Positions 52,286 through 64,000 of a stretch of DNA of 64,000 bases are shown piece by piece. A program made the position numbers and the translations under genes. The notes below the pieces were generated by a model. That model saw only the letters and a program-made list of their open reading frames with translations. It searched no databases and was not told the DNA's origin. The DNA is from the human T2T-CHM13v2.0 reference genome, Homo sapiens. Location of the stretch: the NCBI RefSeq assembly GCF_009914755.1, contig NC_060925.1; one strand, written 5' to 3'. Every line of letters begins with the position of its first letter. Position 1 is the first letter of the stretch.

Positions 52286-55200
52286 AGTCATAGCATAATC
52301 CCACCTGCTGTATTTCACTACTTTGTATGCACATGCGTGTTTTCCAGTGCAATTATTTCCAGTGTTAACCCAAGATCTCACGCATCTGGTAGAAATGGAG
52401 ACATTCTAAGCCTCATCAATTACTGGGTTGAAGCATGGAGTAAACTAGTTTAGGAATAGATGTTAGCAGAACTTTTATGAGAGCAGAGGTTTAACATATA
52501 AATTGTACTGCAGTAAATTAATCTTTTAGAAAATAAAGACAAATGGAGACTAATTTCTAAAGAGCCTCCCTTCCTTGCTCCACCTTCATATAATGGAAAC
52601 ACACATTAATAAGAGCATCAGTTTATCAAATTTGCTTGGTGTCTTGCTTCAGAGCTATAGTAATATTACCACTGTTTCTGTAGGAGCTCATTGATCTAAG
52701 TTGTTTTAATCTACTGGTTTTCTCTTATCATAAATAGTTCTGAAACAGTGAGATTGTACTTTCCTAAGCTGAGGAATATCCTGAGCAAATTCTACAGAAT
52801 TCAGCCACCAGTGGATTTGCTGTGGCCCAACAATTTTTTTTATTCATGAAAATCTCAGCTATTTTAAAAATTATTTTTCCCTTTTTCCTTTAGAAGTTAA
52901 AAATAATTCTATGAGAGGTAACGAGAGATTTTATGTAACACATTTAAATGCAATTTAATGATTTCATTTTCAGCACACCTTTACATTTGAACAATTGTGT
53001 AATAGAAGAAATAACTGCATAAACTGAAAGACACATTTGAGAGGACATATTTGTTTATACAGTAAGTTAATGTGATTGCTGTAGGAAAATAACCAATGTC
53101 CCTATCTGTAGTTCTACATTAAGAAAATGATTAAGTGGACACTAAATGTGTAAGTAAATATGATCAGCTATTCAGATTCTAGTGACCTTTTGTTCTATAA
53201 TATGTCTTCTCACAGTGTGGAACGTGACACAAATTGTTTTTTTTCTTAAAAGAGTGGCCTTCTCTTCTTTATTTACTTAGCATTATTACATAAAGAGTAA
53301 TTCTCATGAAATAATAAGAACTTATTCTGGAATCAAATAAAAGCTACAAAGACATAGGAAAGCCTTAGCAATTAGCCAGAAAATGTAAGATGTAAATGAA
53401 TTAGTATGTGGAATGTTGAAGTTGGTGGAGATTGAATCTATAGTGTGAGAATTATCTTATTCACAGGCTCCACATGGAAACAGTGATTCATGATGTGATT
53501 TTGGCAAGTATTTAAGCTGGTGCAAACATTGCTCAAAAATGTAGTAAAAGTTGAAAAGGTATTTTGAGGAGACACACAGGAAGCCTAGAATTTTCTATTG
53601 GCAATATGATCTGGAAAAATGCCAGGAAACTGTGCAAACATTTTCACATTCTTTAATTTGGAGGTTTAACAGGTGTTCAGCTTAGCTCTTTTGAGGGCTG
53701 AGGTTATGCTGTACTTGGCTGTCCAGTCTGTTTTCACATCAGCCAATAAGTAAAAAGCTCCAAGTTTTCTAAGAAAGTTTGAAATAATGAAAGGGCTCCT
53801 ACTTTCTCCTTCAGTTTCTGGGCATCCAGATTTTCATTACATTCCAAGCTAGTTTCTTTGGGTAGCATACAAGAATATTCAGGCCCATGAAGAAGGTCAT
53901 GTGTAATGAGACAGTGCAGTGCCCATGTCCCTGGAAGAGAAATATGCAAATTATAAGCTCCTGAGCAGCTATAGGCGGAGGATATTTTATATGGACCTCA
54001 TATTTATTTCAATTAAAGGTTTTGTTAAATGTTTATTGAACAATTCAACAGATCCAAATTTCTGCCCCAATTCAGTTACATACCTCTAAGGTTTATAGAC
54101 CTGTTACTAAATCTGGACTTATTCTCTTGGAAATCAGTTCCCACGGTTCTCCATGTGTATCTTGTGGTAGATAACAGGCCAATAGTTTAATGACTCCTTT
54201 GAGAGAATATCAGCCCAAATGACCAAACTCTACCTGTTTTGAGGTGACCTCAAGGCATTTCTTTGTGAACAACCATATGAGTTTATGCCAGAGTAGATCT
54301 CCCATCTGTGACAGGCTTTCTACTCTTCTGATGTAAAAGAGGACATTTTCTAATAACAAATCTTTCTGTGACTATAACTTGCCATTTAATGGACGCTTCT
54401 GCATGGTTGTGGTTCATACATCGGGGTGTGACCACAGAAAACACATCCTCTTGGTTGCCCACAGGATTGAGTTGGGTCGTGCTCAGCCACAGGACCAGGG
54501 GTGAGTAAGTCTGGTTATAGATCTGATGACTGCTAATGCTTGATCTGCTACTGGCAGCTTAGTTCTTCATTAATAATAGCTGTGGTGTAAATGGCTGAAG
54601 GAGCCCAAGTAGCACACGTGATGTGCATCACTCTCAAAAGGCAGAATATCATAGGTCTAAAGAAGCTGTTCCTTTGGAACTTTGATTTATATTTGTGCAA
54701 CATATATATCGCTGTTGTGAGGGAAAAAGGCTTAAAAGTTTTTTAAAATAAAAAACAAAGTAAAGTTTAAATTCTATGTTGCTGGCTCAGGCTTTGTTGA
54801 CAACCGAAATTAGTTTTTTGAGGAGAAAGTAGCTAAAATACTTTATTTGGGGTTATTAAAAATTGAATTATATATGAAGTGATTCACCTTGGAATCAAAC
54901 TTTATTCCCAGGTCATCCAAACAAGTATCTAAAATTGCCAAAGAAACATGATGATACAAGTTCCTGGAGACTGTCATTTAGAAAACTGACCAATAAATGA
55001 AATGAAATTTTAGGAGTTTAGAGTAGTAATAAGGATATCTATATACTTTAGGTTGTGTAAAGTCTTGCCAGGAGTTTTTACTGGACAGAAGCCAAAGCTA
55101 AGGAAAAAACCTGTCATCAGGCAGCACAATGTCTTATAAAGAACTGACTGGCAAGAAAGCAAGACACTGTATGAAGTTCCAAATGTCCTCCAAGAACCTC

Positions 55201-55538
55201 AGTGATCCTAGTGTAGAAGTGTTTCCAGGATTTAAGGCAAACATAGGGTTTTTTTAGGGCATTCTTTTTATGGTTTCTGATTGAGTTCCATAGGAAATTG
55301 AGTTCTGTGCCAACTGCTCATTCATTCATTCACTTATTTCTTTTTTTATTAAATATCTATTATGTTTTGAGGTCTATGACAAGCATTAGTGATACATAGT
55401 CCTGGCAATCAAGAGGTTCAGAGCATTGAACAAAAGACACATGAACTATATTTTTTTTGTGTATTTTTGAGGTATAAATAACATAAAATAACGTTCATCA
55501 ATTTTAAGTGTACAATATAAGTTGGTAACTGTATACTG

Positions 55539-55960
55539 TGTATTAGTCTGTTCTCACATTGCTATAAAGAAATACCTGAGACCGGGTAATTTATAATGAA
55601 AAGAGGTTTAATTGGCTCATGGTTCTGCAGGCTGTACAAGAAACACGCTGCTGGCATCTGCTTGGCTTCTGAGGAGGCCTCAGAAAACTTATAATTAAGT
55701 AGAAGGTAAAGTGGGAGGAGGCATGTCACATGGCTGGAGCAGGAGCAAGAGAGGTCGGGGGAGGTGCCACACGCCTTTAAACGTAGGATCTTGCAAGAAC
55801 TCATTCATTATCGTGAGAACAGCACCAAGTGGGCGGTGCTAAACCATTCATGAGAAATCTCCCCCATGATCCAACCATCTCCCACCAGGCCTCACCTCCA
55901 ACACTGGGGATTACAATACAACCTGAGATTTGGGTGGGTGCACATATCCAAACTACATCA
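55539..55960 (-). mobile_element. MSTA solo LTR
   Basis: TGTATTAGTCTGTTCTCACATTGCTATAAAGAAATACCTGAGAC...ATATCCAAACTACATCA. Confidence 0.92.
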
Positions 55961-56726
55961 GTAACTGTTACTACAATCATGATACAGCTACATTTCTGTA
56001 GCCGCGAAAGATCCCCAGTTCCTTTTCACAGTTCATCCTCTCCCATCCACTCTATGCCAGTGGGAATCACTGTTCAACTTGTTGTCACAAGAGTTTTTTT
56101 TTCTTTTATTGAAGAGAAGTATTACTTAAATTGGTTGTGCTAACGTTTGTTGATCTATTCATCAGTTGATGGACATTAGGGTTGTTTCCAGTTTTTGGCT
56201 ATTATGAATAAAGCTACTATAAACATTCACATATGGGTTTTGTGTGAACCTATGTTTTATTTCTCCTGGGTAAATACCTAGGAGTAATGATTTCTGGAAA
56301 TTAGAATAAGTGTTTAACTTTATAAGAAACTTCCCAACTGTTTTCTAAAGTGGCAATACTACTTTCTCTTCTCACCAACAATGTATGAGAATTCCAGTTG
56401 CTCCCTACTACTGCCATCACCCAATAGTGTCACATTCAGTGGATGTGCCTTGGTATCTCACTGTTGCTGTAATCTTCACTTTCCTGCTAACGGGGTTGAG
56501 CATTTTTTAATGCGCTTATTTACCATTGAACATCTGCTTTGTGGAAATGTCCTTTCAATTCTTTTGCTCAATAAAAAAAAGTCAGGTTGTGTGTCTTCTT
56601 GTTATTGAGTTGTAGCAGTTCTTTATCCTGGATAAAAGTTCTTTATCAGATATCTATTTTGAAAATATATTCCCCCAGTGTATGGCATAAATTTTCACTT
56701 TCTTAATGGTATCTTTTGAAGAGCAA

Positions 56727-57022
<296 letters not shown>

Positions 57023-58647
57023 TTGAAGAGTGAATGTTTTCCATTTTGGTGAAGTCTATTTTAGCAGTTTTAAAAACTTTATCTTTTTTGTATCCTATGC
57101 AAGAATTTTTTTCTAAACTTGGTCACAAAGATTTTTCTTTTAAATTGTTTTCTAGAAATATTATAGTTTTAGCTCCTACATTTAGGTCTGTTACCCATTT
57201 TCAGTTTGCTTTTCTTTGGTGTGATATACAATATGGGTCAAGGTGTATTTGTTTTTTCTTGCACATGAATATCTAATAGTTTTAACATCATTTGTTAAAA
57301 AGACAGTCCTTCCCCTAGTGAATTACTGTCACCTTTGTCAAAAATTAATTGACCATATATATGTAAGTCTATTTCTGGACACTCTATTTGATTTCTTTGC
57401 TCTGTGTGTCTATCTCTAACACTACTGAACTGTCTTGATTATTATAGTTTCAAATGATGTCTTGAAGTCAAATAATGTGAATCCTGCAAATTTGTTCTTC
57501 TTTTCAAAATTATTTTGGCAATTTTAGATTCTTTGATTTTCCTTGTAAGTTTTAGGAAGAGCTTGTTAATTTCCACAAAAAGCCTACTGGAATTTTGATT
57601 GAGATTGTGTTGAATCTATAGATCAATTTGGGAAGAATTTACATCTTAATATTGAGTTGTTTGACTCATGAGCATGAGTATCACTCTTCTCTTTCTTAGG
57701 TCTTTTTAATTTCCCACAACAAAGTTTTATAGTTTTCAGTGTACATTTCTTACACATATTTTGTTAAGTTTATCCCAAAGTATTTCATATTTTTAAGTGA
57801 TTGCAGGTGGCAGTGTCTCTGTTTTTTTTTTAAATCAATTATTTGCTGGTAGTATATAGAAATAAATTTTTATAGGGATTTTATATCCTGTTAACTTACT
57901 AAAATCTACCTATTCTATTTGCTAGAACTTTCTACATGGATGATCATATCACTTGTGTAAAAATAAAGTTTTACTTTTCTATTTTAAACACTTTCTCATT
58001 TTTTTCCTTTCTACACTATGTTAAACCTTCAGTACAATATAAGTATTATTATACTTATAAGAATATGAGTGCTGAGAATGGCTATACTTCTCTTGTTCCT
58101 AATTATAGAGGGAAATTATTTAGATTTTCACCCTTAAGAAAAGTGTTACCTGTAGCTTTTTGTAGATGCCCTTTATCAAGTGACAGAAGTATTTATATAA
58201 TGCTGAGGATTTTTCTCATGAATTAGTATGGGATTTTGTCAAAAACTTTTCATGAATCTATTGAGATGATGATGGTATTTGTCTTTTTTGTTGGTTAATA
58301 TGGTGAATGACCTTAACTGATTTTTTTAGTGGTAAAATAACCTTGCATTTTTAGGATGAATGCTTCTTGGTCATAATTAATTTGCTAAAGTTATATTGAG
58401 AAGTTTTGAATCTATGTTCATGACATACATTTTTCTATAGTTCTTCTATAATGTCTCTGTCTGGTTTTGGTATTTATGGTAATACTGGACTCATAAAATG
58501 AACTGGATAATATTTTTTCTGACTTCCTAGAAGAGTTTGTGTAAAATTTTTGTTTCTTTAATAAATAATTGGTAGATTTCACCAAGGAAGTCCTTTGGGC
58601 CCAGGTATGTCTCTGTGGGAAGTGCTTTACCTATAAAACTTTAAGAT

Positions 58648-58747
58648 ATATATATATATATATATAAAGTATACATAAAACCAAATATATAACATATTTA
58701 TAACTGATTATATAACATATATAACTTAACATACAACATATATATAT
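58648..58747. repeat. (TA)n and degenerate AT-rich repeat
   Basis: Direct read. Confidence 0.85.
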
Positions 58748-59349
58748 GACTGAATAGATGACTATTCAGTTAATCTATTTCTTCTTGAGTGAAGTTTACT
58801 ACATTGCATCTTTCAAGGCATTTATTCATTTCATCTAAGTTGTTAATTTTTTTCATTTGTCTTAAAAAGCATTATTTTTGAAAGATAGTTGAGGTAAAGA
58901 ATTTAGGTTGACCATTTTTGTTTCTTTCTCTTTTTAGTACTATAAAATCTCTCTCAGCTATCTCTGTCTTACAAAGTTTCTGATAAGAAGCAAGCTATCA
59001 TTCTTTTTTACCTTCACCCTACATAATGTGTCTGTTCTTCCTTTGCCTGTTTTTATGACTTTTTATTATCTCTAGTTTTTTGCAACTTGATGTGTCTTGA
59101 TGTGATTTTCTTCATGTTTCTTCTGCATTGTTTTTGTTGAGCTACTTGGATCTGTGGGTTTATGGTTTTCAACAAATTTGGAAAAATTTAGCTATTATTT
59201 TCTGTGTGTTTTGGAATTGATTATACAAGCTCCTGAGTTTCACTTAATCACCATAGTTTTGCCCATATTTCCTCTCAGTCTTTCTCATCCTTGCCATGTC
59301 TCTGTTCTGGGACTCATGAGACCTCTTCACAGCAGGTCAGTTCCCTGAC

Positions 59350-59795
59350 TACCTATAAGTCCCTCTGTGCAGCCTCTGTGATGTGGCTTCCTTAGTCCCT
59401 TTTTCTCAGTCATCACTTCTGCATGCCCTTTCACTATTCATATGCACAAATCAGCTGAAATCTTTTGCCTACTAATTGCCCCTTTTCTATGCTCATAAAG
59501 GACTGAACTCAAATGTCACTGCCTCAGAAGGCCTTCTCTGACTATCCTAACAAATATTAAACTATCCCAAGCATTCATGTTTTATGTCTCACAAAACACT
59601 GTAGCTCTCCAAATGGTCTTATTTATGTGCTTACTGCTTGTCTGTATCTCCTACTGGAACATAAGATTCACGAGGGCAGGGGTGTATTTATTTTGTATTT
59701 ATTTTGACTTCATGATCCTCAGCACCTAGCATAATTCCTAGCACATGGTAAATACTTCATAAGTATTTTCTGGTGAATCAATGAATGCATGAATC
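59350..59795 (+). mobile_element. L2 3' end
   Basis: CTCAAATGTCACT.CCTCAGAAGGCCTTC..GAGGGCAGGG..CAGCACCTAGCA..GCACATGGTA..ATGAATG. Confidence 0.8.
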
Positions 59796-60138
59796 CTGAG
59801 CCTGACAGAATGCATCATAATTTGGTGTCCCTTAATTTCTCCACTGTGAACACCTGAGTTCCTTTCAAGCTTATCTTCCTATTATACCTTACCATGAATC
59901 ATGATTTTGAAACTTTGCATAAGCTCTTTTCTTTCTTTATGCTGAAATTATACTTCTTTTAAGGCCTGCTTCAGATTTCATCTTCTCTATGAAGCTTTTC
60001 ATGGAGGTCATATTGCTTTTCATTTTTTTCTTTCTGTGAACTTTAACGGTGTATAGATAGTCTTAATAACATTTTAATGGTCTATTTTGTATTTCTTTAT
60101 TCTTTAATTATTTCATGGTTTAGTTTTGATTCCCTAAT

Positions 60139-60451
60139 CATCCCCAACCTTTTTGTCATCAGGGACTGGTTTCATGGAAGACAATTTTTCCACAGTGTGG
60201 GAGGGATGGGGGATCTAATGCAGATCGTGAGGCATTAGATTCTCATAAGGAGGGCACAACCTAGATCCCTCGCATGTGCCGTTCACAGTAGGGTTTGCAC
60301 TCCTATGAGACTCTCATGCCGGGCTGTTCTGACAGGTGGTGGAGCTCAGGCCTTAATGCTACTCACCTGCTGCTCACCTTCTGCTGTGGCACTGGGTTCC
60401 TAACAGACCACGGGTACTACCAGTCAGTGGCCAGGGACTTGGGGGCTCCTG
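60139..60451 (-). mobile_element. MER1B hAT-Charlie MITE
   Basis: CCCCAACCTTTTTG.CA.CAGGGACTGGTTTCATGGAAGACAATTTTTCCAC..GGCATTAGATTCTCATAAGGAG..AACCTAGATCCCTCGCATG. Confidence 0.9.
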
Positions 60452-60629
60452 CTCTAATAGAATTATACATTTCTGAAAGCCAGGGATACCTATTATATCT
60501 TCTAAGAAATGTTGGTGTAAACCAAGCATTTAAGAAGATATTAATGATGCTCAGTCTTTATGTAGCTACACAAAGAATATTACTAAGTTTTTTTATGTAT
60601 ATCTATATACTTAGGAGACTAACAGCATA

Positions 60630-60830
60630 ATTCACTGACTCATTCATTTATTTATTCCATAAATATTTATTGAGTGCCTTTTATGTGCTGGGCACTGCTT
60701 TAGGTGCTGAGGATACATAAAAGAATAAAATTACATTAACAACTAAAATCCCTGACCCTTTTGAGCCTACATTTTTGGGGGGTTGACAGAGAAAAAATAA
60801 TTTAATAAATAAAATATATTATATGTTAGG
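60630..60830 (-). mobile_element. L2 3' end
   Basis: AAATATTTATTGAGTGCCT..TATGTGCTGGGCACTG. Confidence 0.8.
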
Positions 60831-61886
60831 AAGTCATATATGTAAGCAGGACCTTCAAATTTGAAGGAGATAAAAGCCTCAATAGCTTAATTAAAATGTA
60901 AGCATTAGCCCCTCAAAATCTTATAAAATGACATTTGCCTCATCTTATGTTTAGATATAGATTTTCTGGTCTGTTTTCAAACAAAGAATAACCATGTGGG
61001 GTTGAAAGAGAAAGAAAATTATTGCATTGTTTTAACATGAAATAATTAGCAAACAATGAATTTGGACTTCCTCTAATGTGATTTGAATTATCTGTGATTT
61101 ATTTTGAGCCACAGAGATTGACTTAATGCAACTCTGAAAACTGCTAAAGAGGAAATTTTATTCTTGACTTTAAATTTTTATATCACCAGGAGATAATGTT
61201 TGTACCACGAATTGCTTGGGATATATCTGGTTTGATCGTTGCTTTCTTGAGCCCTGCTCCCCATTCTCCCATAAATGCTCTACATCTGAAATGTTAAAAT
61301 AGTCCTCTCACTATACCCTTTTCCCAAAATCCACTCCAGATGGGGCACATATGTGGAGTTCTTTGTGTCAATTTTGTTCAATCTCCTCTCAGGGTCTCTG
61401 TCCATAAGGGCTCATTAACAGGCATGTAGTCAGTAGGCATGCAGGTAAAATTTTTGGTCCAGCAGCGATGTTGACTAAAAGTATATATTTTTGGTTATTT
61501 ACATGGCTTAAATGTCCTCCAACTTCCCTAATCCTATCCCCTGAACAGCTTGCTGTAATTTCTTAGTCTATTTTCAGAAAGTAGCCCTTTGGAGGAAGTT
61601 AAAAATGGAGTATTAGTAATTTTTTTGTAGTGTGGACAAAGAATAAAAGAGTATTATTAGATTAGCAAATGTGTTGGTTGTAGAAATATTAATGACTATC
61701 AAAAATAAATATCCATTCATATAAAAATTCCAAATTGTGAACTAGTAGTAGACTTTAAAGCTAAATATTATATGCACTTTTAAAATGTGTGATGTAAATA
61801 TAGTCTAATAACATTTATAGGATTCATATTTTAAAGGTTGGATTAATTTCTATTTGTTTTTCATTTTAATAAATGTCAAAGTATAA

Positions 61887-62263
<377 letters not shown>

Positions 62264-62442
62264 TATCTGTCTTTTTACTCAAAACAACTTGGTATTCTTA
62301 AAATAAAATTATAAAATCTAATGTTTTTAAGATCAAGGTAAAATATTGCTGGGGCTCAGGAAGAAAGGGAGAAGATTTGAGGCTATGTAAGATGTCTCTC
62401 TGACATTTTTCATCTCATGTTTTTGAGCATGATCGCATGTCC

Positions 62443-62860
62443 ATTTATTCATTCAACAGATATTTATTGAACATCTGCTATATGCCAGATGCCTTTCTAA
62501 GGACTGGAGATAGAGTAATGGAAAAAATATTCCTGTCTTTGTGGACTTTATAGTCTGGAAAAGGAGCTAGACAATGGAAAGAAAATGGTAAAAGAAATTG
62601 CTCCATTAGATAGCAATATGTGCTAAGGAAAACAAGCAAAGCAAGGCAGGGGGACTGAACTTTTAAATGTGACCAGAGAGGGCTTAATTGAGAAAGTGAC
62701 TTGAAGTAAAGGCTTGAAGGAAAAAGATTCCAAGCTGGGGAAAGGGTGCTTGAGGCTAAGGAAAAAATGAATGTGGGAATCCTGGGTAAGAACACATTTG
62801 GCTTGTGAAGGAACTGAAGGAGGCTGCTGTGACTGGAGTGGAGTGACCAAATCGATGAGG
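62443..62860 (-). mobile_element. L2 3' fragment
   Basis: ATTCATTCAACAGATATTTATTGAACATCTGCTATATGCCAG..GAAGGAGGCTGCTGTGACTGGAGTGGAGTGA. Confidence 0.8.
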
Positions 62861-62869
62861 GTTTTCGTC

Positions 62870-63081
62870 AATCTCTGCTCAAGCTGCTATAACAAAATAC
62901 CTAAGACTGAGTGATTTATAAGTAATAGAAATTTATTTCTCACAAGTTTAGAGACTGGGAAGTCAGAGTTCAAGGTGCCAGTAGACAGATTCAGTGTCCA
63001 GTAAGGGCTCACTCTTTACTACACAGGATGGTGCCTTGTTGCTACATCGTCTCATGGCAGAAGGGCAGAGAAGACAAACTT
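62870..63081 (-). mobile_element. Partial MSTD-like LTR, inverted copy of 63677-63908
   Basis: About 90% identical to the reverse complement of the neighbouring LTR 3' half. Confidence 0.88.
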
Positions 63082-63517
63082 TAGAACTAAAAGGGCTTTA
63101 TAGATCATCCAGTTCAACTCCTACATTACATTTATGAGATTCATTTTTTCATGCATATATTTCTATATTCATTCACTCAACCAATATTTACTGAAGATCT
63201 ATTATGCACCAAACACTCCTTTAGGAACTTGGGGCACAGGAATAAACTAAACAGATGAAAATAAACTAAACAGATTTTCTTCTGTTTAGTTTATGAAGCC
63301 TATTGATTTACTTTGGTGGTGCGATCTCCATCCCCTGCAATTTACCACTCAAATCACCCTTCTTCATTCTATACATTGTAACATGAAGACAAATCACACG
63401 CAGACCAAGTTCTTGAGCTACCATGTCTCAGCAAATGTTTGGTATTTGGTAGGAATTAATGACTCACTCTGTATATACAGGGTATCCAAGATATGCAGAC
63501 TTGGGATATATGGATTT

Positions 63518-63904
63518 TGCTATGGTTTGAATATTTGTGTCCCTCCAAAATTCATGTTGAAACTTAATCCCCAGTGCAATAGTATTAAGAGATGGGGCCC
63601 TTAGGAGGTGATTAGGCCATGAGCACTCTGACCTCCTGAATGGGATTAATGCCTTTATAAAGGAGCTTGAGGGAGTAAGTTTGTCCTTTCTGCCCTTCTG
63701 CCCTTCTTCCCTTTTGCCAGGAGAAGATGTAGCAACAAGGCACCATCCTGGGTAGTAGAGTGAGCCCTCACTGGACACTGAATGTGCCTGCTGGAACCTT
63801 GATCTCTGACTTCTCAGTTTCTAAAATTGTGAAAAATAAATTTCTATTACTTACAAATTACTCAGCCTTAGGTATTTTGTTATAGCAGCTTGAGCAGACT
63901 AAGA
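63518..63904 (+). mobile_element. MSTD-like solo LTR
   Basis: TGCTATGGTTTGAAT..CCCTCCAAAATTCATGTTGAAACTTAATCCCCA...GACTAAGA; GATTT flanks both ends if the terminal CA was lost. Confidence 0.9.
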
Positions 63905-64000
63905 GATTTTAATAAGATGAAGGCTTGAATAGTTGAAATTACTTGCGATGATCTATTTCCGACCTACTTGATGGATTCTCTATGGTCAATGGTATCAGTA

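Noticed and set aside
54130-54600. Possible very old ERVL-type LTR with a GGG|GTGAGT donor
   Set aside because: Could not assign family or boundaries from memory; needs a Dfam search

Overview
AT-rich human (AluYa5-containing) non-coding DNA with no supportable protein-coding gene, RNA gene or CpG island. The listed ORFs are repeat-derived (Alu, L1, LTR) or chance. A large part of the window is recognisable transposon relics: six Alus (including a young AluY and an AluYa5 with intact TSDs), many L1/L2/MIR/CR1 fragments, a two-LTR MLT1A provirus with nested LTRs, solo THE1A, LTR12, MER11A, MST and MLT1 LTRs, and several DNA-transposon MITEs. Elements lie on both strands, as expected for intergenic DNA or a weakly transcribed lncRNA locus. 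I found no convincing new biological system. The best leads are local rearrangements that repeat annotation does not explain (a ~210 bp, ~90% identical inverted copy of an MSTD LTR end; a perfect 65 bp tandem duplication; a ~115 bp dispersed duplication; a direct-plus-inverted template-switch scar) and a candidate LTR12-driven minus-strand lncRNA with a textbook 192-nt non-coding exon at 21419-21610. Subfamily names come from recalled consensus sequences and need RepeatMasker/Dfam confirmation. Boundaries of old elements are approximate.
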